A stretch of DNA of 63,030 bases, counting the filler, from Octopus bimaculoides (Eukaryota), in assembly GCF_001194135.2 (NCBI RefSeq). It is 9 parts of 9 records of this genome, joined end to end, with 100 filler letters (N's around TTAATTAATTAA, not from the genome) between each part and the next. Parts side by side here need not be neighbours in the genome. Positions count along the whole stretch, not along the records: positions 1 to 28,624 come from NC_068997.1; positions 28,725 to 39,773 come from NC_068986.1; positions 39,874 to 42,321 come from NC_068992.1; 6 more parts are not named here. One strand, 5' to 3'. Position 1 is the stretch's first letter. Each line of letters starts with the position of its first letter. The position numbers and the translations under genes are program-made. The notes under the pieces were generated by a model, which ran no database searches, had not been told where the DNA came from, and saw only the letters and a list, made by a program, of their open reading frames with translations. Positions 27,632 through 40,172 of this stretch are shown piece after piece.

Positions 27632-27775
27632 TGAGTTCAAGTCCTGCTGAGGTTCAGTTTATCGTTCATTCTTTCGGGTTCGATAAAATAAAGTACCAGT
27701 GAAGTACTGGGTTGAACGTAATCGACTTGCCTCCTTCTATCAGAATTGTTAGTCTTGTACAAAATTTAGAAATAA
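27632..27775 (+). mobile_element. SINE family A, 5'-truncated, followed by (AAT)n
   Basis: ctgagttcaagtcc...ttcgataaaataaagtaccag. Confidence 0.7.
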
Positions 27776-27819
27776 TAATAATAATAATAATAATAACAAC
27801 AACAACAACAACAACAACA

Positions 27820-27850
<31 letters not shown>

Positions 27851-27924
27851 TAGATCCAACTTGTACAAATGCAAAACAAAAGTCAAACATAAAATAATAA
27901 TAACAATAATAATAATAATAATAA

Positions 27925-28133
27925 TCCTTTCTACTGGAAGTACAAGGGCTGATATTTGGGAGCGAAGTCTGGTCGATTAAATTGACCCCAGTGAGTAACT
28001 GATACCCATTTTATCGACTGCGAAAGGATGAAAGGCAAAGTCGACCTCGATGGAATATGAGCTCAGGACGTAAGGACGGACGAAGTGTCGCTAAGCATTT
28101 TGTCCGGCGTGCTAACGATTCTACCTGCTCGCT
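27925..28133 (-). mobile_element. SINE family A within a (TAA)n array
   Basis: Family A core and head; (AAT)n on both sides. Confidence 0.8.
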
Positions 28134-28157
28134 TTATTATTAATAATAATAATAATA

Positions 28158-28371
28158 ATGGTTTCAAATTTTGCCACAAAAGCAGCAGTTCTGGGGAGGA
28201 ATTGAGTCGATTACATCGACCCCCAATCTTCACCTGGTACTTATTTTATCGACCTCGAAAGGATGAACGGTAAAGTCGACCTCGGCGGAATTTGAACTCA
28301 GAACGTAGCGACGGGCGAAATACCGCCGAGCATTTCGTCTAGCGTGATAACGATTTTGCCAGCTCGCCGCC

Positions 28372-28373
<2 letters not shown>
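28158..28373 (-). mobile_element. SINE family A within a (TAA)n array
   Basis: Well-preserved copy; (AAT)n on both sides. Confidence 0.85.
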
Positions 28374-28452
<79 letters not shown>

Positions 28453-28453
28453 T

Positions 28454-28624
28454 AGCAACATCACACTAGATAAAGCCAATGAAATAAGAGAACTAGACGA
28501 AAGCCAGCCATACAAATATTTAGGAGTCAATGAACTAGATAGGATACAACACACACAAATGAAAGAAAAAATAAAGAAAGAGTACTATAGACGAGTTAGA
28601 TCAATACTAAAATCAGAGCTCAGT
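28454..28624 (+). mobile_element. R4/Dong-like RLE LINE RT fragment, open frame running into a gap
   Basis: SNITLDKANEIRELDESQPYKYLGVNELDRIQHTQMKEKIKKEYYRRVRSILKSELS; starts at the end of a (TAA)n array. Confidence 0.8.
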
Positions 28625-28941
28625 NNNNNNNNNNNNNNNNNNNNNNNNNNNNNNNNNNNNNNNNNNNNTTAATTAATTAANNNNNNNNNNNNNNNNNNNN
28701 NNNNNNNNNNNNNNNNNNNNNNNNTATTATTCGATACGAAATTCCAAGATCCTCGACTAAGATGCAATTTTTATCAACAAAAGAAATATATATATATATA
28801 TAGATTGTTAGAAGTGGTACACAGTTTTTGTATATTAAGAAAAAAGAGGAAGTCAGAAGTTTGGATAATTCTTTATTTAGCGCTTTCGTCCATTCGTTGG
28901 GACCCAATTCTGACTGCCTCCTCTCCTTTTTGTAATATATA

Positions 28942-28977
<36 letters not shown>

Positions 28978-29379
28978 TGTATGTATGTACGTATATATTT
29001 TTGTATGTACGTACGTACGTATGTATGTATGTATGTATGTATTTATGCATGTATGTATGTATGTATGTAGAAGTAAATCCCTAACGAAAATCAACTGCGA
29101 ATGTGTGGTATTTCCCAAAGAACGGAAGATATTCTACTTCAAAAAAAAAAAAGAATTTAATATTCGATACGAAATTCCAAGATCCTCGACTAAGATGCAA
29201 TTTTTGTCAACAAAAGAAATCTGAAATTACACTGAGCAGAAAAGAAATTCTAAAATTGTCCGATTCTTGAAAAAGAAAGGAAGAATAAAATAAAATATAA
29301 ATATCTAAAGACGGTTTTTGAGTTTATTTTTGTTGGTGTTCATTCACTCTCCAAGTCGATGCTTCTCTGAATTGAGAGG

Positions 29380-29655
29380 TCACAACCCCGGTACTTCCAA
29401 TAGGTGATCAGATTATCGCAATAAAAAATCGCAAGACAGATTCTTCAAGCTGTGCCAACCGGCAGGAGATCTAGAGATAGACCAAGAACAAACTGGGCGG
29501 GTAATATTTATATTCTCAGATGGTGAGGCTTGAGAATCCAACGGGTAGGTATTATAACGATTGCTTCTGATAGGATCCTATGGTAGAGGTGCCTGAGGAC
29601 TCTACTCCAACGACCCGCCCAGGACTATTTGGCAGAGAATCTGAATGGATGGATG
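29380..29655 (+). mobile_element. LINE RT C-terminal remnant (RTE-like)
   Basis: IARQILQAVPTGRRSRDRPRTNW...IASDR.LW. Confidence 0.65.
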
Positions 29656-30840
29656 GTTTCAGTTAAAAGCATTCTAGCTATGCCATGGCCTACGATTAGA
29701 TAACCTGATGCTTCTTTTCCTCCTGGTTTTGTTCTCGTTATGAATGTTGTTATTTTGATATACAATGCAAACTAAAACCGGATAATGTACACCTATGATT
29801 AGTTCACTCTGCCTTGTTAATAGAACTTAAGGCTACATTCGCTAATATGATTTTTTTTGTTACGGCTGTGTTTGTTGTTTCCTTACATGGAAACAAGATT
29901 AAGATCTTTTGCTATAGATGCGGTTGAACCGGAGGAAATGTGTAATGTTGTATGCAGTGTGAATAAAATTCGAAGCAAACGTGGAATTTGTAGGTGTATA
30001 GGGAAGCGATGAGAAGCAGGAGAAGTGATCGGCATGGAGGGAACGTCTAGGAACTTGATGGAAGCGTTTGGGCTGGCTTAAGCACAATTCAGTGCCGCAG
30101 TTTTCTGGTGAGCGATGTCACACCTATGCATGCGTTTGATAGATGTAACGACTTTATAAACTCATAGAGAGGTTCAATAAGATTGGTAGAATATCCAAAA
30201 AGCAAGATGGTCCATATTTCTGCCTAAAGTGATAGAGGAGAACACAAGAGAAATGAAGTTATTTCAAATAAAGATTTCATTGGGACGAAGGTGTATAAAC
30301 TTTCTACGTTTAAATATAGAGCAAAGTTAAAAAAAAAAAATGAAAGATGAGAAACCGTACGTCTATAATGGAATGAAATTTAGAGGATCCAGAAGGGACG
30401 TGGGTAATGTATTAAACAAATGAAAGGTTAAAAGAGATAGTTAAGTATCAGTTCTGTGTGACAAGCGGCGTTGGTAGGAATGATAGGAAAACTAGAACGC
30501 TGTCTTCTGAATTTAGGTGAGGGTATGTGAAATGGATGTGCAGAATGATTTGGGGACGAAGTTGGTGGATATAGGAGGAAGTAGAGAAGAGCTGTTGTAT
30601 TCTGGTAAAAGATGAGATTTTCGGTTTGGAAGTATCTGGACAGTAGGTTAACTCCCAGTAGAGATATGCTCTTAAAGGCTATTACTGCTCTGCTCATATC
30701 GGTTAGCTTGATGGCAATGTAATCTGATGTTAATATATGAGCCGTTGTGGTAACTGTATCGAAAAATATTTCAGGAAAGGAAATCAAGACAAAGAGAATT
30801 ACAAGGTAATTAACTGTGCGCTGTAGAAACAGAAGAAAGT

Positions 30841-30872
30841 TCAACGTTTCAGATGGTGATCCTTCCTCAAGA
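30841..30872 (-). ncRNA. Hammerhead-like motif in the PLE pseudo-LTR
   Basis: Reverse complement tc-TTGAGGA-a-ggat(cacc)atct-GAAAC-GTT-ga; C3 reads T and stem I is only 2 bp. Confidence 0.5.
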
Positions 30873-31499
30873 TAGAGAGGGGGGGAAAAGAGTAAAGAAA
30901 CAATAGATAAAGTGAATGTTCAGTGATGGTTCTAAAATGGGCAGAGCATGTAAAAGAATAACTGAAAGAAATAACAGAACTGATTAGCTTTCTCCAGCAG
31001 AAGAGTGGTCTCAATTAAATGAAGCTGATTGGCGAAAAGTTTTGTGTATATGTAGTGTGTTATCGAGAATGAATTCTTTGTATGTACAGATAAGTTTGTG
31101 AAACATTGTGTGTGCAATGCGGTTAAGTGTATTCACGTGTATAGTGCAGTGTGAGAGTGTGTCTATGCATGTATGTTGTATGTATGTATGTATGTATGTA
31201 TGTATGAATGTATAGTACTGCGTGCGCCCGTGCGCTACTGTGTGTTTGATCATGAATGAAAGAATGATAGGAGAGAGTGATCTGTAGATGAATATAGGGG
31301 CAAGAAGAGAACGTTTTGTCTTTAGAAGTTTGTGTACAGAGAAGAAATGAATATATGCCGCACGCACAGAAGGCTGGAGAGAGGAGAACTGTTAGTTATG
31401 AAAAGCGAACTTGTTATTCATTCCAATTAGGTGAGTTATGGACGAAAAGTTGATAGTTGTTCTTTGTACAAATGGGAAGTGGTTGATCCGTAGACAAAC

Positions 31500-32135
<636 letters not shown>

Positions 32136-32352
32136 TGAAGCAGTGATTATTACGTCCAGAACTGAAATGACGAGCTCCAGATTGAAGTGGCTCAGAGTTA
32201 GTTTGCACGTCTGGAAGATGTTCTCGAAAACAATCTGTTTATTTCCGACAAGTGTCTCCTATATACAATGTACCGGATTGTTGGCAGTTTATGTTGTAAA
32301 TGAAATTATCTATTGTACAAGGAAAGTGGGGGGAACTATGTACTGTTGATAG

Positions 32353-32738
32353 TGTGTGTTGGCACGCCGTCGCTTACGACGCCGAGGGTTCCAGTTGATC
32401 CGATCAACGGAACAGCCTGATCGTGAAATTAACGTGCAAGTGGCTGAGCACTCTACAGACACGTGTACCCTTAACGTAGTTCTCGAGGATATTCAGCATG
32501 ACACAGTGTGACAAGGTTGACCCTTTGAATTACAGGCACAACAGAAGCAAGAAGAAAGAGTGAGAGAAAGTTGTGGTGAAAGAGTAGAGCAGGGTTCGCC
32601 GCTATCCTCTGCCGGAGCCTCGTGGAGCTTTAGGTGTTTTTGCTCAATAAACACTCACAACGCCCGGTCTAGGAATCGAAACCGCGATCCTAAGACCGCG
32701 AGTCCGCCGCCCTAACCACTGGGCCATTGCGCCCCCAC
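32353..32738 (-). mobile_element. SINE family C, full length, 11-bp TSD actgttgatag
   Basis: TSD at 32342-32352 and 32739-32749; tRNA-like head with A and B boxes. Confidence 0.9.
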
Positions 32739-32999
32739 ACTGTTGATAGAACAGTGCTGTAATATCTGTCCCTTCATTATAAAATGAAGGGACAGATATT
32801 GCAACGCCAGACAAATCAGGCGAAGAATCTAGTTTTGGGTGTGATGAGAAAATAAGCAACTCTGAAAATAAGCCATCTATTGTGCAAGTGAAAGGAACTC
32901 TGGGAATTACGGTCACGTCTGAAAGAATGAAGGGAACGTTCCAAGAAGATGGCGTAAATGGTGAGGTCAGACTGCATGATGCGAAATACTATAGGATGG

Positions 33000-33640
33000 T
33001 TTGTATTCTCCCTTTATTTCCCTTCATCTTCCACCCTACCACGCTATCACCCCAACATACCATTCTAGAACCCTTTTGTCTTGTACAGTCTGACTCTGCT
33101 ATTTGCACTAATTAGTCCACGGTGGTTCTTAGTTTCCTCAGCACATTCACTCTTCGTCCTTCACCTGGGTTTACTTCCACTGTAGGACTTATCCTTTCAA
33201 AACAAAACAAAAAAAACGTCATCCTCATGCACGTACCTAACCCTTATTTTTACATCGTCAACTCCTTCACTTATACCACAAACAACCTCACTTTCTGAAT
33301 GAAATACTAAGTGATATATCATATATCGGAGAAACTGGTCGAAGATTCGTAGACAACCGTGGAGAGCATCTTGGACCTTTAAAAAAAAGACTCCAAGATA
33401 ACATCAGATCACTTTGACCTGTTGCTCGTCATATAACTTTTCATGAACACTGCCAAATGCAGCTCTCTATTTTCTCTCCCTCTCTTCCTCTCTCTCTCTC
33501 TCTCTTCTCTCTCTCTTTCTCCTTTCTTTCTCTTCTTTCTGTTCAAGGATCAGCCGCTTTCCGTTTGCCCAAGGAACAACGATTTTTTATTTACAATCAA
33601 CTCACCTAACAAAATTCCTGTGCATTTCACACTTTCATTT
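33000..33640 (+). mobile_element. Penelope-like element GIY-YIG remnant, head-to-head with the minus-strand copy
   Basis: FHPTTL..HTILEPFCLVQSD, FTYTTNNL, YIGETGRRFVDNRGEHL (33322-33372). Confidence 0.8.
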
Positions 33641-34239
33641 TCTGTTGGAACGATGCTGCTTTTGCTTTATGAAAAAGAAGGTCATGTAGCGTCGTTCATG
33701 TTAGCAGACCACGTGCTTTCATGTGGAGGAAAAGTACAGGTTGGTGGTTCACATGCCTTCATATGAAAGAAAACTCTCAACTGAGGACGCCAAAAGGACT
33801 GTGCATTCTCACGTGTCTGGAAATCGTTTGCCGTACGTTTGAGCGAAGGTTAAGACCCATGTAAAGGAATGATTGTCCAGCGTCGGTGAGATGTAAGGTT
33901 TTATGCAAAATGGCTCCTACATGAAGCGGCTTAATTGTGGGAAACCGAAATATGAGAAATCTTTAATAAACTATTATTAAATTTGAACATTCTTTGACTG
34001 TTTACTACTAATCATAAGCTTTTGTGCCTGAAATATATAAATATTATTAAACGTTTGCCTTTTTAACTTTTTCTTTCTTACATTGTAAGATACTCTCTAT
34101 CTTCACTCTGCGTTTGTGCGTTTGAGAAATAAAAATTAAAGACGAATTGTTACACTTTTCTTACGCTGTTTTAGCATTTAAATGTCCTGGCTGTTACTGA
34201 GAGGCACCAAACTTCTATGAAATGAGTGTTTGTTGATCT

Positions 34240-34525
34240 AGACGTTCATTTTTTTCGGTTTAGTACCAGACTTTTCTCGGCGGCACATTCTGTCCTTGAG
34301 CAAGACACTTTATTTCATATTATTCCAGTCCCAAAACGAGTTATACATGTATTTCAAAGGGCCAGCCTTATCAAATTCTGTGTCACGCTGAAACTCCCTG
34401 AGATCTACGTTAAGGGAAAGCATGTCTGTGGAGTGCTCAGCCATTTGTACATTAATTTCACGAGCAGGCTGTTCCGTTGATCGGATCACCCGGAACCCTT
34501 GTCGTCGTAAGCGACGGAGTGCCAG
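34240..34525 (+). mobile_element. SINE with a CORE-like middle and family C tail
   Basis: gtccttgagcaagacactttatttc followed by the family C tail ending gtcgtaagcgacggagtgcca. Confidence 0.75.
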
Positions 34526-34944
34526 TGTCAGTTAGTACCTGGTTTGTATCTGGTAAAGCATGTTGGGTAGTTATTTTCCTTAATCGCTTAATCGCTTAAT
34601 GCTGGATTTTCTATCTCTACATCACTACATCAGTCCTTTATACATACTAAATAATTCTATATATATGCGGCCTTGGCAGTGGTTGGAAGGAATCATAGGT
34701 AAAACACAAACTTTAGTAGACGGCATTCCAATAGAAATTAGTGTTAATGCTCTCCGTCTTCTTTGATTTCGTGTTGAAAACCCAGCAGTGGTCGAAATTG
34801 TTGATTTCCATCATTTTCCAACCTAACATATATTCTGTCCGCTTCTCGAAAGAAGAGATGAGTATGAGAAAAGAATAAAGTCAACAGTAACAAATTTTAA
34901 GTGGTTTGTATTCCTGTTCGCGCGCGCGCATATATATGAAGGCT

Positions 34945-35345
34945 CTGATTATCTCATTGCAGCTGCACTGGGTGAGACATGTTTGCAGATGGAGAGCGGC
35001 AGGCTCCCAAAGGCAGTTTTCTATGCTGAAATGTATCAGAGTAGATGGAGCCGTGGTGGTCAAAGGTTTTGATACAGAAATGTGAGGAGAAGGCATTGGA
35101 GCACGACGAATGGCACTTATCGCTGAAGCTCATAATTCCATCTATTGACAAGAAACAACAGAGAGAACACGAAAGAGTACATGAGAGGCATCATTTCTCC
35201 ATTGCGTCAAGTAGCTTCAACTGCAGCAGATGTCATCGCTATTGCAGATCAAGAATAGACGCTGTAGCGCGTATGCGAGCCTGCCGGAGGTGATTATTGA
35301 ACAAGAGTAGTCAATATCGACCTATGAAGAACAGCCGTAGAAGAT
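34945..35345 (+). mobile_element. RTE LINE 3' end
   Basis: LQLHWVRHVCRMESGRLPKAVFYAE..RSRGGQRF and C-terminal CSRCHRYCRSRI. Confidence 0.8.
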
Positions 35346-35708
35346 CTATGTACATTCATACATACATCATGCATGCATACATGATGCATGTATACATGCA
35401 TACATACATACATACATGCATACATACATACATATATAAAGGATAAAATCGGTAAAATCATATATATAATTATAATCAAAGGCATAGAAAAGTTTTGCCT
35501 ATATGCTGAAAAGAGACGCTAAATCGTCTAACCACCTTTGTCCTTAATTATAAATATACTTACATATTTAGATACATACATACATACATCATGCATACAT
35601 GATACATATATACATAGATACATCATACATCATACATATATACATACATCATACATACATACATACATGCATACATACATTCATACATACATACATACAT
35701 ACATACAT

Positions 35709-36055
35709 ATTGGTTTCAAATTACATCGACCCCAGTGCTCAACTGGTACTTGTTTTATCGACTGTGAAAGGATGATAGGTGGAGGCGCGTGGCTTAGTGG
35801 TTAGGGTGTCAGTAAGATTGTGGTTTCGATTCTTGGACCGGGCGACGCGTTGTGTTCTTGAGCAAAACACTTCATTCCACGTTGCTCCAGTCCACTCAGC
35901 TGGCAAAAATGAGTAACGCTGCGATGGACTGGCGTCTCGTCCAGCTGGGGGGAAACACATACGCCATAGAAACCGGGAAACCGGGCCCATGAGCCTGGTT
36001 AGGCTTTAAAAGGGAGAAGTAGAAAGGATGATAGACAAAGTCGACCTTGACAGAA
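35709..36055 (-). mobile_element. SINE family A fragment split by a SINE D insertion
   Basis: 35709-35778 and 36022-36055 are collinear once the insert is removed. Confidence 0.75.
35779..36021 (+). mobile_element. SINE family D, 13-bp TSD gaaaggatgatag
   Basis: TSD at 35766-35778 and 36022-36034; A box tggcttagtgg, B box gtttcgattct. Confidence 0.9.
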
Positions 36056-36089
36056 TATACTTACAAGAATCTTAATATTAATGCATCAA

Positions 36090-36470
36090 TAGAATGTTGG
36101 CGGATCCTAGGAATAAAAACAGCAACCAATTAAAAACAGAGCTGGCTTATTCCCTCTGCCTCGGATCATAAAATAAAAGCATGCTCAGTTATGAAAGGTA
36201 GGTACCCACTTGAACCAATAAGGTAACGAAAATATATGATTATATCTATGGAGCATGTTCCGGGACCTGATAATCCAGAACTCACAAAACTTTCAGATTT
36301 TTACCTATTTTTATTGGAGCAACAGGATATACATGGAACTGCCTGTATCAAAGTATAGCTAAGATTAGATTGCTGGAGAAAGAACGTAGCCCCAGAATTC
36401 ATACTCTGCACATGATGGTACTATTTAGGACAAACAAAAATCTGCAAGACCTTCTGAAAATGAAAATGGT
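36090..36470 (+). mobile_element. RLE-type LINE C-terminal remnant
   Basis: Broken SVMKGRYPLEPI and IGATGY; ends aaaatctgcaagaccttctgaaaatg. Confidence 0.55.
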
Positions 36471-36581
36471 AAATGGTTCCGCAAAGATTGATGAATAAAC
36501 AGGACTCTTTTGTTAAGCAAGTGGCTTCTCAAAAAGAAATCAAAACAGAAAAGCTCAAAATCTTTAAAAGGAAAATATACA

Positions 36582-36754
36582 TAGGTGTAGGAGTGGCTGT
36601 GTGGTAAGTAGCTTGCTTACCAAACACATGGTTCCGGGTTCAGTCCCACTGCGTGGCACCTTAGGTAAGTGTCTTCTACTATAGCCTCGGGCCGACCAAA
36701 GCTTTGTGAGTGGATTTGGTAGACGGAAACTGAAAGAAGCCCGTCGTATATATG

Positions 36755-36820
<66 letters not shown>

Positions 36821-37020
36821 TGTGTCTGTGTTTGTCCCCCCCAACATCGTTTGACAACCGATGCTGGTGTGTTTACATCCCTGTAACTTAGCGGATCGGC
36901 AAAAGAGACCGATAGAATAAGTACTAGGCTTCCAAAGAATAAGTCCTGGCGTCGATTAGGTCGACTAAAGGTGGTGCTCCAGTATGGCCACAGTCAAATA
37001 ACTGAAACAAGTAAAAGAAT
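36582..37020 (+). mobile_element. SINE family B, full length with internal (TA)n(TG)n
   Basis: A box tggctgtgtgg, B box gggttcagtccc, CORE-like ggcaccttaggtaagtgtctt, tail cagtcaaataactgaaacaagtaaaaga. Confidence 0.9.
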
Positions 37021-37351
37021 ATATTCATATACGTGTGCACGCACACACATACATACATACATACATACATACATACATACATACATACATACATACATAC
37101 ATACATACACACATACATTCGAAGGCTACGGATCCAAGCCATCTCCAGAAGTGTAAAAAATCTGTAAGACTTTCCAGAAGTTTATCGTTTAAGTATATAA
37201 GACCGTTTCTAGATAAGCAAGTAATGGAGATTCCGATAAGGTAGTTATCCGCCCCTGATTGAAAACTCTCCGGTATGACATGTACGCATGCTCAGTGACT
37301 TGCTTTAACTTCTGCGGACGAACGATTCACAGTCTGTACTGATCGGTTAAT

Positions 37352-37618
37352 ATATCTCCGAAGAAATCACGAAAATACTTTTGTATATGCAGCAATTATA
37401 GAAGGAAGAATGTAGACGGCAAAGTTATTTCATTTCATAGATATCCTGCAAACGTCGCTAATCGTCGTATTTGGCTTCAGAGATCGTGACTATTGAGGAA
37501 AGACTTTGTTTACACTGCAAATAGCCAGATGTGCTCCCAGCATTTCGTCAATTCTAATGGACCCTCGAAAGATCATCCTTTGCCATCTGTTTTTCCAAAC
37601 AAAGTATTTAAAATATCA
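37352..37618 (+). pseudogene. THAP zinc-finger domain pseudo-exon, probably from a DNA transposon
   Basis: ISPKKSRKYFCICSNY...SFHRYPA..RRIWLQRS*LLRKDF...SQMCSQHF...PLPSVFP; TGA at 37487; followed by donor gtaagt at 37619. Confidence 0.8.
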
Positions 37619-37897
37619 GTAAGTGCATGATCATATACGCAGTTCGTAGATGAGTGAAATGTCTCTTTGATTTATTTCCTCATTAAAAGATTAGAACATG
37701 TTAAAATTCAAGAGGGAAACACAAATTCGAGTGGTCTACGTTGGGCTAAACACTAAAGTTTAATTTAATAAGTGTTGTGCTGATGTACATGTATTTTTAA
37801 TAAAGCATTTTGCATTCAAAGAATAAATACATTGAAACTGTTGTGAATGTTCTGAATGAATGTGAGAATTTCGACTAAGCCTAGCTATGATATTTTT

Positions 37898-37978
<81 letters not shown>

Positions 37979-38006
37979 TAGATAGATAGATAGATAGGTA
38001 GATAGG

Positions 38007-38045
<39 letters not shown>

Positions 38046-38296
38046 ATAAATAGATAGATATTAATTCCTTAACTCAGGAACAGTAAGTGCTTCGATTGCT
38101 GGGTCATCGAGCTGCTTTATATCCATGATAAGACGTGAAACAATAACAATAGCGTGGTTCGTCTGCGGAAGTTTAATTGTCTACATGAAGCGCCGCCTAG
38201 CTAAGGGAAAGCCCTATATGCATGAGCAGACATATATAAAACAAAGCATATAAATCTGCACGTATACATGCATACATACATACATACATACATACA

Positions 38297-38330
<34 letters not shown>

Positions 38331-38343
38331 CATACATACATTT

Positions 38344-38722
38344 TGTTGTTGTTGGCACTCCGTCGCTTACGACGTTCCAGTTGATCCGATCTACGGAACA
38401 GCCTGCTCGTGAAATTAACGTGCAAGTGGCTGAGCACTCCACAGATACGTGTACCCTTAACGTAGTTCTCGGGGATATTAAGCGTGATACAGTGTGACAA
38501 GGCTGACCCTTTGAATTACAGGCACAACAGAAACAGGAAGTAAGTGTGAGAGAAAGTTGTGGTGGAAGAGTACAGCAAGGTTCGCCACCATCCCCTGTCG
38601 GAGCTTCGTGGTGCTTTAGGTGTTTTCGCTCAATAAACACTCACAACGCTCGGTCTGGGAATCGAAATCGCAATCCTATGACCGCGAGTCCGCTGCCCTA
38701 ACCACTGGGCCATTGCGCCTCC
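38344..38722 (-). mobile_element. SINE family C embedded in (CATA)n
   Basis: Collinear with the 45823 copy apart from a small tail deletion. Confidence 0.9.
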
Positions 38723-38770
38723 TTACATACATACATACATACAAACATATATACATACATACAAAAATAT

Positions 38771-38874
38771 CCTGTTCATGTTGTTGAAACGCCAATCAAG
38801 GAGACTTAGATCTAGGTTAGAAACCAGCTCTTTCTCTATCAGCAAGAAATCTTGAAATAAAACCGAATAATGAC
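38771..38874 (-). mobile_element. 104-bp interspersed element bordered by (TATG)n-type repeats
   Basis: About 80% identical by eye to 53610-53713 in the opposite orientation. Confidence 0.75.
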
Positions 38875-39574
38875 ATACATACTTGTATATATTTTGTAGA
38901 CAAAGGGTTGACGGTAGTTGTAGTATGTTCATGTATCGACATAGCACCCGAATAGTTCCTTAGCCTAGCATTTTTTATATATTTCCTTTCGATTTCCAGT
39001 AAAGAAATACTATTTCCTTTATTAGGAAAATAAAATCAGTAAAAATGTGCGAACAACGATATTTCTAAATAATATAAAAGAAACGTTTGAAGAATTTATT
39101 TGTTATCAATCGATCATTTAATCAGCAGAAACTTGATTTGCTGTGCAGTGAGTGAAAGGAATTCTTCAAATGCACGTTCAATTTCTTGCTGAGAACAAAT
39201 TCCAAAACAAAAAGGAATGTATCAACATCTCTCCGTACCAGTTCCTGTGAGCTGCCTGTAACCGGAATCCCAAGGAATACATACCCGAGGGTTAAACATA
39301 TCGAAGATAAACTTACTTTGTTCTTACTCCGATTCTGACACACCCTGTGTATAATAGAAAGAAATATATTAATAAATGCAGGTTATATACAAATGCAGTT
39401 ACATACACGCACGCGCGCACACGAACGCATGCGCGCACGCACACATACATACATACATACATACATATATTAAATTTATATGGGAGAATGTACGAAAAAA
39501 AACAACTACAGACGAGGACAGGTGGTGTAAACAACAAAAGGATGTATTAGTTTGACGCTCGGGAATACGGGAAG

Positions 39575-39611
39575 TCTTTAACGTTTCGAGCTACGCTCTT
39601 CAACAGAAAGA
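39575..39611 (-). ncRNA. Minimal hammerhead-like motif, family HHR-C (core CUGUUGA)
   Basis: Reverse complement tcttt-CTGTTGA-a-gagc(gta)gctc-GAAAC-GTT-aaaga; perfect stems I and II; lies in a repeat also seen at 55630-55760. Confidence 0.6.
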
Positions 39612-39689
39612 ATACGGAGAAAACAAGGCGAAAAACACGGAGAAAAAAAAAGCGAATAGTCACTGGTCAACGATCTATTAAATTCATAT

Positions 39690-39773
39690 ATAGGCGTAGG
39701 TGTGGCTGTGTGGTAAGTAGCTTGCTTACAAACCACATGGCTCCGGGTTCAGTCCCACTGCGTGGCATCTTGG
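39690..39773 (+). mobile_element. SINE family B head running into a gap
   Basis: taggcgtaggtgtggctgtgtggtaag...gggttcagtcccactgcgtggc. Confidence 0.8.
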
Positions 39774-40126
39774 NNNNNNNNNNNNNNNNNNNNNNNNNNN
39801 NNNNNNNNNNNNNNNNNTTAATTAATTAANNNNNNNNNNNNNNNNNNNNNNNNNNNNNNNNNNNNNNNNNNNNGATAACGCGAAGGAAGGAAATCTCAAA
39901 CACCAAGAAACATGTCTTTCGATTGTTCTGTGCATTCTTCTTCGAACGTTGCTCTTAATTCGTCAAAAGAGAAAAGTACACTTAATATTTATTGTTATAT
40001 TTCGGGACCGTCATTTAATTTTTGCAAATAGATATATTCATATATATTCATTCTTCGCAGTTCTAGATTTACATTATTTACATTATTTACATTTGACGGA
40101 TACTTGTCCTCATCTTGTTTGTTGTT

Positions 40127-40172
40127 AACACAACGTTTCGGCTGATATACCCTCCAGCCTTCATCAGGTGTC
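40127..40172 (-). ncRNA. Intact-looking minimal type I hammerhead ribozyme (HHR-A)
   Basis: Reverse complement gacac-CUGAUGA-a-ggcug(gaggguauau)cagcc-GAAAC-GUU^-guguu: 5-bp stems I and II, stem III reduced to the palindrome AACGUU. Confidence 0.75.

Noticed and set aside
28725-29220. ~60-bp direct repeat (28728-28787 and 29161-29220)
   Set aside because: One copy starts at a synthetic join. It could be a real local duplication, but it cannot be separated from an allelic or assembly artefact.
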